NCBI GenBank assembly: GCA_030648265.1
Contig: JAUSHX010000010.1
Span: forward strand, 26,253-90,252
Source: a bacterium
GTDB taxonomy: Bacteria; Patescibacteriota; Minisyncoccia; Phycocordibacterales; UBA2100
DNA length: 64,000 nucleotides
Reading direction: 5' to 3'
In this document: positions 20,228 through 28,476 of the stretch, one piece after another
Numbering within the stretch: the stretch's first letter is position 1
How the letters are laid out: each line of letters begins with the position of its first letter
Program-made: the position numbers and the translations under genes
Notes under the pieces: model-generated
Databases searched by the model: none
What the model was told of the DNA's origin: nothing
What the model saw: the letters and a program-made list of their open reading frames with translations, nothing else

Positions 20228-20890
20228 CTAGCCTCTAGCAGGGGAAGGCCACTCGGTGTTATTGATTGCCCTCACTTCCAAATTTGAGGCCTTACGGAGC
20301 TTCCTGATTGCCTTTTGCGGGGCGACATCAAAATGCCTGCTTCCGTCAAGCGCCTCTACCAGCCAATCTAATTCCTTTTCTTCCGTGACCCATTTCTCCG
20401 GAGCGTACCGGCTTAAATCAAACGGTTTAGAAAATCGCCGTAATGATTTCGTTCCGTCATCCATTATGTATTCATGGAAATATGACATCGCAAGTTCGCG
20501 CACACTTTTGTAAACAGGGTCTCTGTATCGGAGTATCGGGTGATTCGTCTTGCTTATAGCACCCCAGAGGCCATTCTCGGTGAAAAGAGCCACAACGTGG
20601 TCCTCGTCGCGGTCTATTGTGACAAGGTCCAGCAAAAGCGGTTTCTGGCCGTGGTAACAAAATGCCGCGGCCGCCAAAAGCGCGCCCTCAAAACAATGCG
20701 CAGTTTTATGTTGTATCAAGCGCCTCGGCGACATGTACGTTTCTTTTCCAATCTCAAAATTTATCGGAAGCGTATCCAAATAATCTTGTATCTTTTTCGG
20801 AGAATTAAGTTTAGCCAAAATTTTCCGCTCGGCAGGGGATAGCACGGCTTTTAATCTGTCGCGGTAGGCCATATGCCGTAGAATGTTCAT
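20228..20890 (-). CDS. hypothetical protein, transglutaminase-like/papain-like Cys-His fold (tentative)
   Basis: HKTAHCFEGALLAAAAFCYHGQKP...DHVVALFTENGLWGAISKT resembles a transglutaminase-like core (C...A..., H.W, D). It is the last gene of the four-gene xer operon. Confidence 0.35.
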   Translation of the reverse strand: MNILRHMAYRDRLKAVLSPAERKILAKLNSPKKIQDYLDTLPINFEIGKETYMSPRRLIQHKTAHCFEGALLAAAAFCYHGQKPLLLDLVTIDRDEDHVVALFTENGLWGAISKTNHPILRYRDPVYKSVRELAMSYFHEYIMDDGTKSLRRFSKPFDLSRYAPEKWVTEEKELDWLVEALDGSRHFDVAPQKAIRKLRKASNLEVRAINNTEWPSPARG

Positions 20891-21441
20891 TGTGTATTTC
20901 GGATCAACTTCTTGATTTTGTTCCTCTCTTCGGCTTCTAAGAACGTCAAAAAATCATTCAAATCCTTGCCAGCCGCAAAACAGTATCCGAAAACTGTCGT
21001 ATCGTCCACATCAGGGTAGGGAATCTGAATGCATTCCTGTACCCCACCTTGTTTGAAGTAAACGAGTGTTTTCTCGGGATTTTGGGTATGTCCACACTCC
21101 GCCACTATTGTATGGTCAGCGGTTAATACATCAGGGAAATATCCACAAAACTCATGTTCGTATACTACATCCCGGCTTCGTTGCTGTTTTAGATAAGTCC
21201 CGACGAGCATCTTTAGTGCTACGTGCGTGGAGCCGCCGCCAGCGGCTAAATCTGCGCGTTCTATCATCGTATTATTACTAGCGAGCGCAAGATATTCGCT
21301 CTTACGAGCGATAGAAACCGTTTGGTATTTCAAATAACCTTCGTTAACAAGAAATGCTATTTCGTTGATAGAATCAAGGTTGCCCGTAAAGGCGTGGCCG
21401 CCGGAGTAGAAAATATCGCGTATAGTTCCGAAAACGTCCAT
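20887..21441 (-). CDS. hypothetical protein (possible PD-(D/E)xK-like nuclease fold)
   Basis: 184 aa; YFPDVLTADHTIVAECGHT is loosely PD-(D/E)xK-like; overlaps its neighbours by 4 nt, suggesting an operon. Confidence 0.3.
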   Translation of the reverse strand: MDVFGTIRDIFYSGGHAFTGNLDSINEIAFLVNEGYLKYQTVSIARKSEYLALASNNTMIERADLAAGGGSTHVALKMLVGTYLKQQRSRDVVYEHEFCGYFPDVLTADHTIVAECGHTQNPEKTLVYFKQGGVQECIQIPYPDVDDTTVFGYCFAAGKDLNDFLTFLEAEERNKIKKLIRNTQ

Positions 21442-21444
21442 AAA

Positions 21445-22128
21445 TTACTTGTTGCCAATGTCCTTCCCGCCGTGAAATTTCTCATGGATATCTCTGCCAG
21501 CCGATTGCACGAGAGGATCGGGATAGGATTCTTTCCTTTTGAGCAGGGCTAACAAAGTTTCCATCGTTACGATTTTAGTAGTATTCGGGAGAGGATTGAG
21601 TTTGGCATTCGCATAACGATTAATATCGTCTTGTTTCAAATTCTTATTTGCTACAACCAGAAATAATTCAACCGGAAAATTGCGGTATTTGCTCATCTTT
21701 ATGTTGATATTAGACTGCAGATATTTCATTGTCTCTGTATAGAAAACGTCAATGCCGAAATTTCCATCAGGTGAATAGACATAGAAATCAACACGATTCT
21801 TTGAAGACTCAAAAAACTTCTCCGTATGGACAAAGACCTCGCCGAATTTCTCGCGCAAGACTTTTTCCAGTGCGAGCTCCGCTTTGCGGCCTCTGATATT
21901 TACGCGAGTGGCGATATCACTTCTGAAAACACCTTTTCCGAAATGAACGTCCGAATATCCGAGTTGGCTACGCAACCGCGCGAGACCGCCGAATCGCATT
22001 TGAATGTTCCGGGAAGAGGGCAGGTATTCAAGCTTGTCAATTTCCGGGGCGCGCGGAAGCCGCCCGTGTTCATTTTTAAACCGCTCAAAGCCTTCTTTAA
22101 TCTTTTCAATTGTCCAAATTTCCCTCAT
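21445..22128 (-). CDS. hypothetical protein (possible Vsr/DUF559-like PD-(D/E)xK endonuclease fold)
   Basis: 227 aa; NRVDFYVYSPDGNFGIDVFYTETMK resembles the DUF559/Vsr core (vDFy...lvIEvDG); immediately downstream of xer. Confidence 0.3.
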   Translation of the reverse strand: MREIWTIEKIKEGFERFKNEHGRLPRAPEIDKLEYLPSSRNIQMRFGGLARLRSQLGYSDVHFGKGVFRSDIATRVNIRGRKAELALEKVLREKFGEVFVHTEKFFESSKNRVDFYVYSPDGNFGIDVFYTETMKYLQSNINIKMSKYRNFPVELFLVVANKNLKQDDINRYANAKLNPLPNTTKIVTMETLLALLKRKESYPDPLVQSAGRDIHEKFHGGKDIGNK

Positions 22129-22164
22129 AAGTACATTACGATTTACGATGATATACTGTTTTTA

Positions 22165-23121
22165 CTATTTAAGTGGATGAAATTTCTTATGGGTGCTTTC
22201 GGCGTATTTATCCGAAGCATGAACATATCTAGTGGTCGTTTCCAGCGACTCATGGCCGAGTAGAACCTGAATAGCAGCAGGATTCGCTCCTTGTTCGGCA
22301 AGATAAGTGGCAAATCCGTGCCTAAGAGAATGGGCGCTCGTAGGCACATTTATGCCGAGAAGTTCACGGTATTTCTTAATTTTCATTTGAAGATAATTGG
22401 GCGAAATATGTTTGCTCTTATCTCTAGCATTGCTTCCTCGTTTTGGGATAAAGAGAAAAGGGGAGTCATCGGCGCGGTCTTTAAGGTAATTGTCTATATG
22501 TTTTTTGGCACGCCCTGTGAGATACACAAAGCGTTGTTTCTTACCCTTACCCAGTATAAAAATCCTGCCCGTTTTATCTATCTGAGTTTTTTTAATACTA
22601 ATGAGTTCCGAAATGCGCATACCGGACGCAAATAGCATTTCCAGCGCAGCGCGATTACGTAAAGCGACCATTTTATTTTTCTCAAATTTCATCGGCGCCT
22701 CAATTAACCTTTTTAACTCTTCCAATTCCGACACTTGAGGGTGTTTTTTTTCCATACGGAGCAACTTAATAGACTCGGGCGCAATCGGTGTCACGGTATC
22801 CATGTCAATCAAGTACGACAGGAAGCGCCTTAAAGAGGTCAGCGTACGGTTTATAGACCCGCTCTTGAGCTCTTTTTGTGCGACCGCACCCTTGGCCGTT
22901 TTGCGGTCACGAGAGTTCAAGTACGCTTTAAATTGCTCGATTGTGCGTTTTGTAATGTCTGAAAAAGGAATGTTATCCATTTCTTGAGAGAGGAAGCGCT
23001 CAAAAGTCATTAGATCTCTCTCGTAGTTATACAAAGTTTCCTTCGAATAATTATTAGCCTGAATGTGCAAGAGAAAATCCTCAAGAAAGGGGAGTCTGGA
23101 TTTTGGTTGATTTGTGGACAT
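22165..23121 (-). CDS. tyrosine recombinase, XerC/XerD family
   Basis: 318 aa; N-terminal core-binding domain and the C-terminal catalytic R..HxxR..Y region (HSLRHGFATYLAEQG...LLGHESLETTTRYVH). Confidence 0.88.
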   Translation of the reverse strand: MSTNQPKSRLPFLEDFLLHIQANNYSKETLYNYERDLMTFERFLSQEMDNIPFSDITKRTIEQFKAYLNSRDRKTAKGAVAQKELKSGSINRTLTSLRRFLSYLIDMDTVTPIAPESIKLLRMEKKHPQVSELEELKRLIEAPMKFEKNKMVALRNRAALEMLFASGMRISELISIKKTQIDKTGRIFILGKGKKQRFVYLTGRAKKHIDNYLKDRADDSPFLFIPKRGSNARDKSKHISPNYLQMKIKKYRELLGINVPTSAHSLRHGFATYLAEQGANPAAIQVLLGHESLETTTRYVHASDKYAESTHKKFHPLK

Positions 23122-23124
23122 AGT

Positions 23125-23156
23125 TAACTGAGTATAATAACTCTAATACTCAGTTA
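23125..23156. promoter_or_regulatory. dif-like palindrome adjacent to the xer start (candidate recombination site or operator)
   Basis: TAACTGAGTAT-aataactcta-ATACTCAGTTA: 11 bp inverted arms with a 10 bp spacer, 4 nt upstream of the xer ATG. Confidence 0.4.
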
Positions 23157-23378
23157 TTATAGCATAAACCTGTAGTCATGGGGGAACGCTGTGGATAACG
23201 CATTTAGATCCTGTTTAATCCATTTCTGACGCTTAATCACTAACATAAAGGTCAGACAACGGGTATCGCTCGCGTTTTTCTACGTCGCGGAGAAAATTAA
23301 AAAGATACTACGGAGAATTAGTCACGCAATACGCGATACTCCATACACGATATAATATGCGTTTTCACTACCCCTCCC

Positions 23379-23969
23379 CTATTTCCAAGGAATTGGGAAT
23401 TCTTCAAATTCGGGCAAAAGTTTTCTTCCGTACAAAAGCCGTGCAATTACTTCTGCGTGTGATAAAGCACCTGTGAGCGCGTTGTGCGGACTGGGTTCCT
23501 CGGGAATCCCGCAATAGTTTAGAACTGCATCAAGGTCAAGCGCAGACCGGCGGTGCTTCACAGGCGGTTGAATCCCCCGCTCTATCATATGCATATAGCA
23601 GAGCGTGTGCGTATCTATAGTGCGATATGCAAATTGCCAATCTGTGTGTCCCGCACGCTCCGCGGCCGCCTTCAGAAAATCGCGGTCAAACGAAACATTC
23701 TGCCCCGCCAATGTCCTCTCCTCCACGCTCTCGCTCCAGTGTAAAAAAGCGTGTATCAAATCGCCTTCGCTTTGTTTCTTTGCGTCGGTGATCTGACTTT
23801 TGGTAAATCCGTTCACCTCAAGAGCTTCGTCCATAATATGTGCGCCGTCCCACACGCGACATTCTTCGTAGAACCGGTTTGTTGGATTCGAAAAATCAAG
23901 CGCGCCCACCGATACGATAGAGTGCTTTTTCGCCTCGGTTCCTGATGCTTCTACGTCAACGACAATCAT
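23379..23969 (-). CDS. DEDDh 3'-5' exonuclease (DnaQ-like/RNase T/oligoribonuclease family)
   Basis: VVDVEASGTE (Exo I), the Exo II/III motifs and H..ALTGALSHAE; preceded by the leader module. Confidence 0.75.
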   Translation of the reverse strand: MIVVDVEASGTEAKKHSIVSVGALDFSNPTNRFYEECRVWDGAHIMDEALEVNGFTKSQITDAKKQSEGDLIHAFLHWSESVEERTLAGQNVSFDRDFLKAAAERAGHTDWQFAYRTIDTHTLCYMHMIERGIQPPVKHRRSALDLDAVLNYCGIPEEPSPHNALTGALSHAEVIARLLYGRKLLPEFEEFPIPWK

Positions 23970-24150
23970 GTTAGAGATTCTTAGTGAGCGGTAGCGAGCT
24001 TAGAAGCTCTTACATCCCTCCCCAATTTAGTATCCGTTCTCATGTGTTAATTTTGCGATTTCGCTGAGACCGTCTCAACAGTATATCAAATTTGAGAGGC
24101 GATTGTGTGATACCAAATTGGGGAGGGATTAGAAAAATATAGTCGCTTCG
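23970..24150 (-). promoter_or_regulatory. conserved leader module, copy 6 (minus strand), abutting the exonuclease gene ATG
   Basis: Minus-strand reading: hairpin ATCCCTCCCCAATTT ... AAATTGGGGAGGGAT (roughly 75 nt loop) + GTAAGAGCTTCTAAGCTCGCTACCGCTCACTAAGAATCTCTAAC-ATG. Confidence 0.75.
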
Positions 24151-24154
24151 CTTC

Positions 24155-24574
24155 TTATTTTCCTAATCCTTTGCAATTTTTGGCGGGAGAATATCCTGCA
24201 GAACGAGCATTCGCCTCGCTCGTAAACCACACCTGATTTTGCGGAGCGATTTTAGCGGCTGAAGCGCACCATGGGAAATAGTATGCACTACCCGTTCGGG
24301 ATGCCACTATGAGGCCTCCTATACTCATTCCCCGCGGTTCTGCGACGGTAGGCGCATTTGTGATTGATACAGTGGCACGAACACTCTCCAATACAGACAA
24401 ACGCCCTAGTCCGAACGAGCCCAAAGCGACCAATAGCACAATAAGAAGCAGTCCCCACTCTCCTATCGCAACATCCGCCCAATTCTTGATTTTATTAGTA
24501 AAATCACGAAGCATAGCGTAGTAGATTTTACTATACCCTGTTAAATCCCGTTCTGCATCCTGCAGACGGGACAA
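24155..24574 (-). CDS. membrane-anchored protein with Ada-like Cys zinc-binding-type C-terminal domain
   Basis: One TM segment; the C-terminus YYFPWCASAAKIAPQNQVWFTSEANARSAGYSPAKNC resembles the Ada N-terminal metal-binding motif (F.RPSC...NV.F..S..EA..AGFRPCKRC). The start may be at the internal Met (24514). Confidence 0.4.
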   Translation of the reverse strand: MSRLQDAERDLTGYSKIYYAMLRDFTNKIKNWADVAIGEWGLLLIVLLVALGSFGLGRLSVLESVRATVSITNAPTVAEPRGMSIGGLIVASRTGSAYYFPWCASAAKIAPQNQVWFTSEANARSAGYSPAKNCKGLGK

Positions 24575-24721
24575 CTTGAATTATATCGGCGCATAATGTA
24601 TATTACTGGGAACTTGAGTAGGGATGCTGATACGGCTATCACATTTCATAGCATTTCAAGTTGTATTTAACAGGGTGTAAGTTGTTTCTAAACTCGCTTA
24701 CGCTCATTAAGAAAAACTAAC
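24530..24721 (+). promoter_or_regulatory. conserved leader module, copy 5, abutting the rpmA ATG
   Basis: ACCCTGTTAAAT (24536) ... roughly 125 nt loop ... ATTTAACAGGG (24683) + TGTAAGTTGTTTCTAAACTCGCTTACGCTCATTAAGAAAAACTAAC-ATG. Confidence 0.7.
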
Positions 24722-24994
24722 ATGGCCCATACAAAAGCAGGAGGAACAGCGCATAACCTGAATGACTCAAATCCTAAGTATTTAGGGGTTAAGCGCGCGG
24801 ATGGCCAGAAGGTTGGAGTGGGCGAAATTATTGTCCGCCAGAGAGGGACAAAAATCCTGCCCGGCAAGAACATCGGCGTAGGCACAGACCACACCCTTTT
24901 TGCGATGTCTGCAGGCGTTGTTCACTTCCGCTCAAAAAGAAAGATGGATTTTGACGGACGTTCTAACGTGCGTAGAGTTGTTGACGTTGTCTAA
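24722..24994 (+). CDS. rpmA: 50S ribosomal protein L27
   Basis: MAHTKAGGT...[27 protein letters not shown] is the L27 signature. Confidence 0.93.
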   Translation: MAHTKAGGTAHNLNDSNPKYLGVKRADGQKVGVGEIIVRQRGTKILPGKNIGVGTDHTLFAMSAGVVHFRSKRKMDFDGRSNVRRVVDVV

Positions 24995-25434
24995 ACCACA
25001 ACTACCTTGACAGTTACAATAGCTCGGTATTTCCCGAGTTTTATTTCTACACTCCTCTCCCCTGCTTGTTTGATTGGCTCATCCAAAATCACGGAGCTGT
25101 CACTAATTTCTTGTTTATATTTCCTAGTAATCTCACTCGCTATTTTTTTTGCGGAAATACTTTCATATAAATGCCCTGTTTTGTTTGCCTTAACGCGAAG
25201 AATGATTTTGTCCGCAGAAAGGTTGCGGGCTAATTCTTGAAACTGTGCGTCCTGTTCCTGTGCAATTGTTTCAGAGACCTTTTGCCGTTTATCGTGCTCG
25301 GCAATATTTTTAACCGACGCCTCTTGCGCTAGTCCGCGCGCGATAAGAAAATTTAGGGCGTAGCCGTCTGCGACTTCTTTCATCTGATCCTTCTTCCCTA
25401 CCCCTCCCACATCTTTGAGTAAAATTACCTTCAT
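24991..25434 (-). CDS. rplI: 50S ribosomal protein L9
   Basis: [31 protein letters not shown] matches the L9 N-domain. The ATG at 25434 is used; the ORF track extends to a TTG at 25470. Confidence 0.85.
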   Translation of the reverse strand: MKVILLKDVGGVGKKDQMKEVADGYALNFLIARGLAQEASVKNIAEHDKRQKVSETIAQEQDAQFQELARNLSADKIILRVKANKTGHLYESISAKKIASEITRKYKQEISDSSVILDEPIKQAGERSVEIKLGKYRAIVTVKVVVV

Positions 25435-25569
25435 ATGGGCAATCCTACTTGAATTCCCCGTTTCCAGCAAAAGACGCCGTGTTAGAGAATGTGTTAGAGA
25501 ATTTTGTGCAGAAATTTGTCTACACCTTCGCGAGTATGGAAATAATACTCTGCGGCACTTGAGGCGGAT

Positions 25570-26364
25570 TTACCAACACGGGGCGAGAGCGCCCCAGAGG
25601 CCTGCCGCATCTTTGAGCTCCGCGAGACGAAGTTCAGGAAGCTTCGGATAAGGCGAGGAAAAGCGCTTGAGCGCCGACGCGACATCGGCAAGCCGGTAGC
25701 CGTTGTCTTCGTTCATCATTCCGCCTCCGAGCACGAAGATTTCAGGCGACCAATGCAGTATCATATTGTAAATTCCCGCCGCGAGGACGGGCGTCATTTC
25801 CGCGTAGCCTTCGCGCGGCGCCTTGCTTGGGTGAACTCCGTAGCGCTTCTCAAAAGCTCGTCCGGAAACAAGTTCTTCCAATTCCCTGCCCTCTTTCGCA
25901 TCCACGATTTGGTGTCCCGCTTCAAAGTCGTAGACGCCGCCGTCTATGCGCCCATCAACGACGCGGCCGCATCCGATGCCGGTGCCGACGCCGGCATACG
26001 CAACGATGCGCGCGCCGCGGCCTGCGCCATACGCCGCCTCTCCGAGAGCCGCGAAATCTCCGTCGTTCAGCACTTCCGCAGGCGCCCCAAGCGCGTGCGT
26101 AAGCTCCTCGGTGAGCGCGACGCCCTTCCATTCCGGAAGGTTCGGCGCGTACTGTATAACGCCCTTGCCCATTACGCCCGGAAAACCGCCCGCCGCGGCC
26201 TCTATTCCTTCTGCGCCCGCGCACTCGCGCGCGAGATTTGCGAGCGCTTTAACTCCCTCTTTCGGATTTTTAGGAGTCGGTATCTTGCGCACTTCGCCCA
26301 ATCCATCCTCTAATGCGCGCGCCGCGCGCATTGAGGTACCGCCTATGTCAAATACGATTTTCAT
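25570..26364 (-). CDS. ROK-family sugar kinase (glucokinase-like)
   Basis: MKIVFDIGGTSMRAA and a GxGxG ATP-binding region of the ROK/actin-like ATPase fold. The start was chosen at the MKIVFDIGG Met. Confidence 0.7.
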   Translation of the reverse strand: MKIVFDIGGTSMRAARALEDGLGEVRKIPTPKNPKEGVKALANLARECAGAEGIEAAAGGFPGVMGKGVIQYAPNLPEWKGVALTEELTHALGAPAEVLNDGDFAALGEAAYGAGRGARIVAYAGVGTGIGCGRVVDGRIDGGVYDFEAGHQIVDAKEGRELEELVSGRAFEKRYGVHPSKAPREGYAEMTPVLAAGIYNMILHWSPEIFVLGGGMMNEDNGYRLADVASALKRFSSPYPKLPELRLAELKDAAGLWGALAPCW

Positions 26365-26424
26365 CCCGTTAAAGCCAATTTTTGCCATAGTATCTGTTAT
26401 ATATCGCAACATTTCTAACGGGAC

Positions 26425-27618
26425 TCATTCTTCCATCATATCAAGAACGAGAGCGCCCCATGTGAAGTTGTGCGCCCCAATCCCCGTTCCTGTTTCCGGA
26501 TTGAAGCACTCGCGGAAGCCGGAGCGTTCAAGAAGCGCGATGCTTTTCTTGCGGATATCCTCGGCCTCTGCGGTAAAACCGTATCGCATGAGCCCATGGT
26601 AGATGAACCAGTGCGATCCTATCCACACCGGTCCCCGCCACGAAAAATCTTCCGCTTCCGGCCGGTACGACATTTCCCGAATGGATGTCGTGCGGATGCC
26701 GAACGGCGCCGCGAACGTGTCGGGGTTTTTGAGATGTTTTGAAACGACCTCCTCGGCTTCCTCCTTTGTATAAAGACCGGCGAAGAGCGGGATGAAGTGC
26801 GCCCATGTCGCGACTTTAAGCTTCGTGAAATCGGCGCCCATGGCGGACCAGTAGACGCCGTCTTCAAACATCCGCTCGCGCATCGCGCCAGCGACCGCAT
26901 CGGCTTCGCGCTTGAGCGAACTCTCGTACTCATCGCGTTTGAGGTATGCGGCGATTTTTGCGAGCACGCGCAGATTCTCCGCCAAAACCGCGTTAAAGAG
27001 CACGTCTTTTACCCAAAAGAAATTGCGCATGCATCGCCCCGCGTCAAAATCGCATTCTCTGTTTTTGTCCACAAGCTCCGTGCGCTTCGCGAGATGGTCC
27101 TTGAGCGAGACGGCGGACGGCACCCCGAGAGGAATATCAAAGCGCGGCGAGTTGTCCTCACCCGACTCATCCGGACTGATGATGCTCGCAAGATGATGCC
27201 CGTACGGGTCGCGCTCGGAAAGAAGATAATTGTAGTACGCGACGAGTGCGGGAAAAATAGAGGCGAGGAACGATGTGTCCGGCTCGCGGCGGTGTATCTC
27301 CCACGCGGCGTACGCGAGCATCGGCGGCTGCGTGAGAGAGCTCGTGCCATCCGTGCCCCAGTGAAAGAGGTGAAGGATTCCAGGCGTCCAATAAATTATG
27401 TGTGGCACAAGGCCGTTTGAGAATTGTTTTGAAAGAAGCGACTGTATCTCGGCCTTCGCGGATTCCACATCGTACCGCGCGAGGACGATGGCGTGGAAGC
27501 ACGAATCCCAAAGCCACTGATACGGATAGTGGTCGCCGGAGGGGACGGTGTATTGGTGGCCGTCCGTTGTGCGGCGATTTTCTTCAAGGAGTTTGCGCGA
27601 CTCGCGATAGACATCCAT
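26425..27618 (-). CDS. (alpha/alpha)6-barrel glycoside hydrolase, GH63/GH37/GDE_C-like (putative trehalase/glucosidase)
   Basis: 397 aa; YPYQWLWDSCFHAI and downstream acidic residues are typical of six-hairpin glycosidases; adjacent to otsB/otsA. Confidence 0.5.
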   Translation of the reverse strand: MDVYRESRKLLEENRRTTDGHQYTVPSGDHYPYQWLWDSCFHAIVLARYDVESAKAEIQSLLSKQFSNGLVPHIIYWTPGILHLFHWGTDGTSSLTQPPMLAYAAWEIHRREPDTSFLASIFPALVAYYNYLLSERDPYGHHLASIISPDESGEDNSPRFDIPLGVPSAVSLKDHLAKRTELVDKNRECDFDAGRCMRNFFWVKDVLFNAVLAENLRVLAKIAAYLKRDEYESSLKREADAVAGAMRERMFEDGVYWSAMGADFTKLKVATWAHFIPLFAGLYTKEEAEEVVSKHLKNPDTFAAPFGIRTTSIREMSYRPEAEDFSWRGPVWIGSHWFIYHGLMRYGFTAEAEDIRKKSIALLERSGFRECFNPETGTGIGAHNFTWGALVLDMMEE

Positions 27619-27630
27619 AATTTCAGTATA

Positions 27631-28473
27631 TCAGAGGGCGCGTGAACGGAACGCGGCAAGCCCCGTTAGAGACCGCGAGGGCTCGCAGCGCATATTCGTC
27701 TCTAACGGGGCAAGCCACAGGAGAAATTTCCGCACGCTTTCCGTATTATTGAGCGTATAGCTGGCCGCCGTCTCGGCGTTTTTTCCGTTCTTCACGCGAA
27801 TTGTGATGCCGCGCCGGAGAGCCCGAAACGCACCCTCGTCTGTCTCATCATTGCCGATAAAGATAGGGACGGCGTTCTTTGAGCTCTTAATGCAGGAGGC
27901 CATCATTGCCGCCGCTCTTCCTTTGTCCCATCCGGCTTTCGGAAGAATGTTGAGAACAAGGATGCCGCCAATGATGTGGAGGCGCGAGGCACCAAAGCGG
28001 CGCGCGATGCGCCGCACTTCGCGCTCTACCGCCCTAGGGTGCACGCGGGCGCGCCTGAAGTGGACGCTTATGGAAAGCTTTTTATCCTCCACATAGACGC
28101 CCTTGTAGCGCTTCTCCAGAGCTGTGAGCCCCTTTCGTGCCGCGCGAAGCGCGCGCATCATCGCGGGAGATACGGCAATCCGCTTTTGCTTTCCCGCGAC
28201 GAACCATTCAAGCCCGTGATTGCCGGCGATTGATACATTGCCGAGGCGGATGCGCTTTTTTACATCCGCGAGCGCGCGGCCCGTAACGATTGCAAGAGGC
28301 ATGCGCCGCGCGCATAGAGAGAGCGCGCGGCGCATGCCCGCGCTCATCCTTGCTTTGTCGGGCTTACTGACGATTGGAGCGAGCGTGCCGTCAAAATCAA
28401 GCATCACGACCGCGCCTCCCGCGCGCTCTATGCGCCGTGCGATTCTGGAGCGATTGGCGAGCGCGTCCCGCAT
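27631..28473 (-). CDS. otsB: trehalose-6-phosphate phosphatase
   Basis: HAD motifs (MLDFDGTLAPI, GNDETDEGAF); precedes otsA. Confidence 0.8.
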   Translation of the reverse strand: MRDALANRSRIARRIERAGGAVVMLDFDGTLAPIVSKPDKARMSAGMRRALSLCARRMPLAIVTGRALADVKKRIRLGNVSIAGNHGLEWFVAGKQKRIAVSPAMMRALRAARKGLTALEKRYKGVYVEDKKLSISVHFRRARVHPRAVEREVRRIARRFGASRLHIIGGILVLNILPKAGWDKGRAAAMMASCIKSSKNAVPIFIGNDETDEGAFRALRRGITIRVKNGKNAETAASYTLNNTESVRKFLLWLAPLETNMRCEPSRSLTGLAAFRSRAL

Positions 28474-28476
28474 ACG

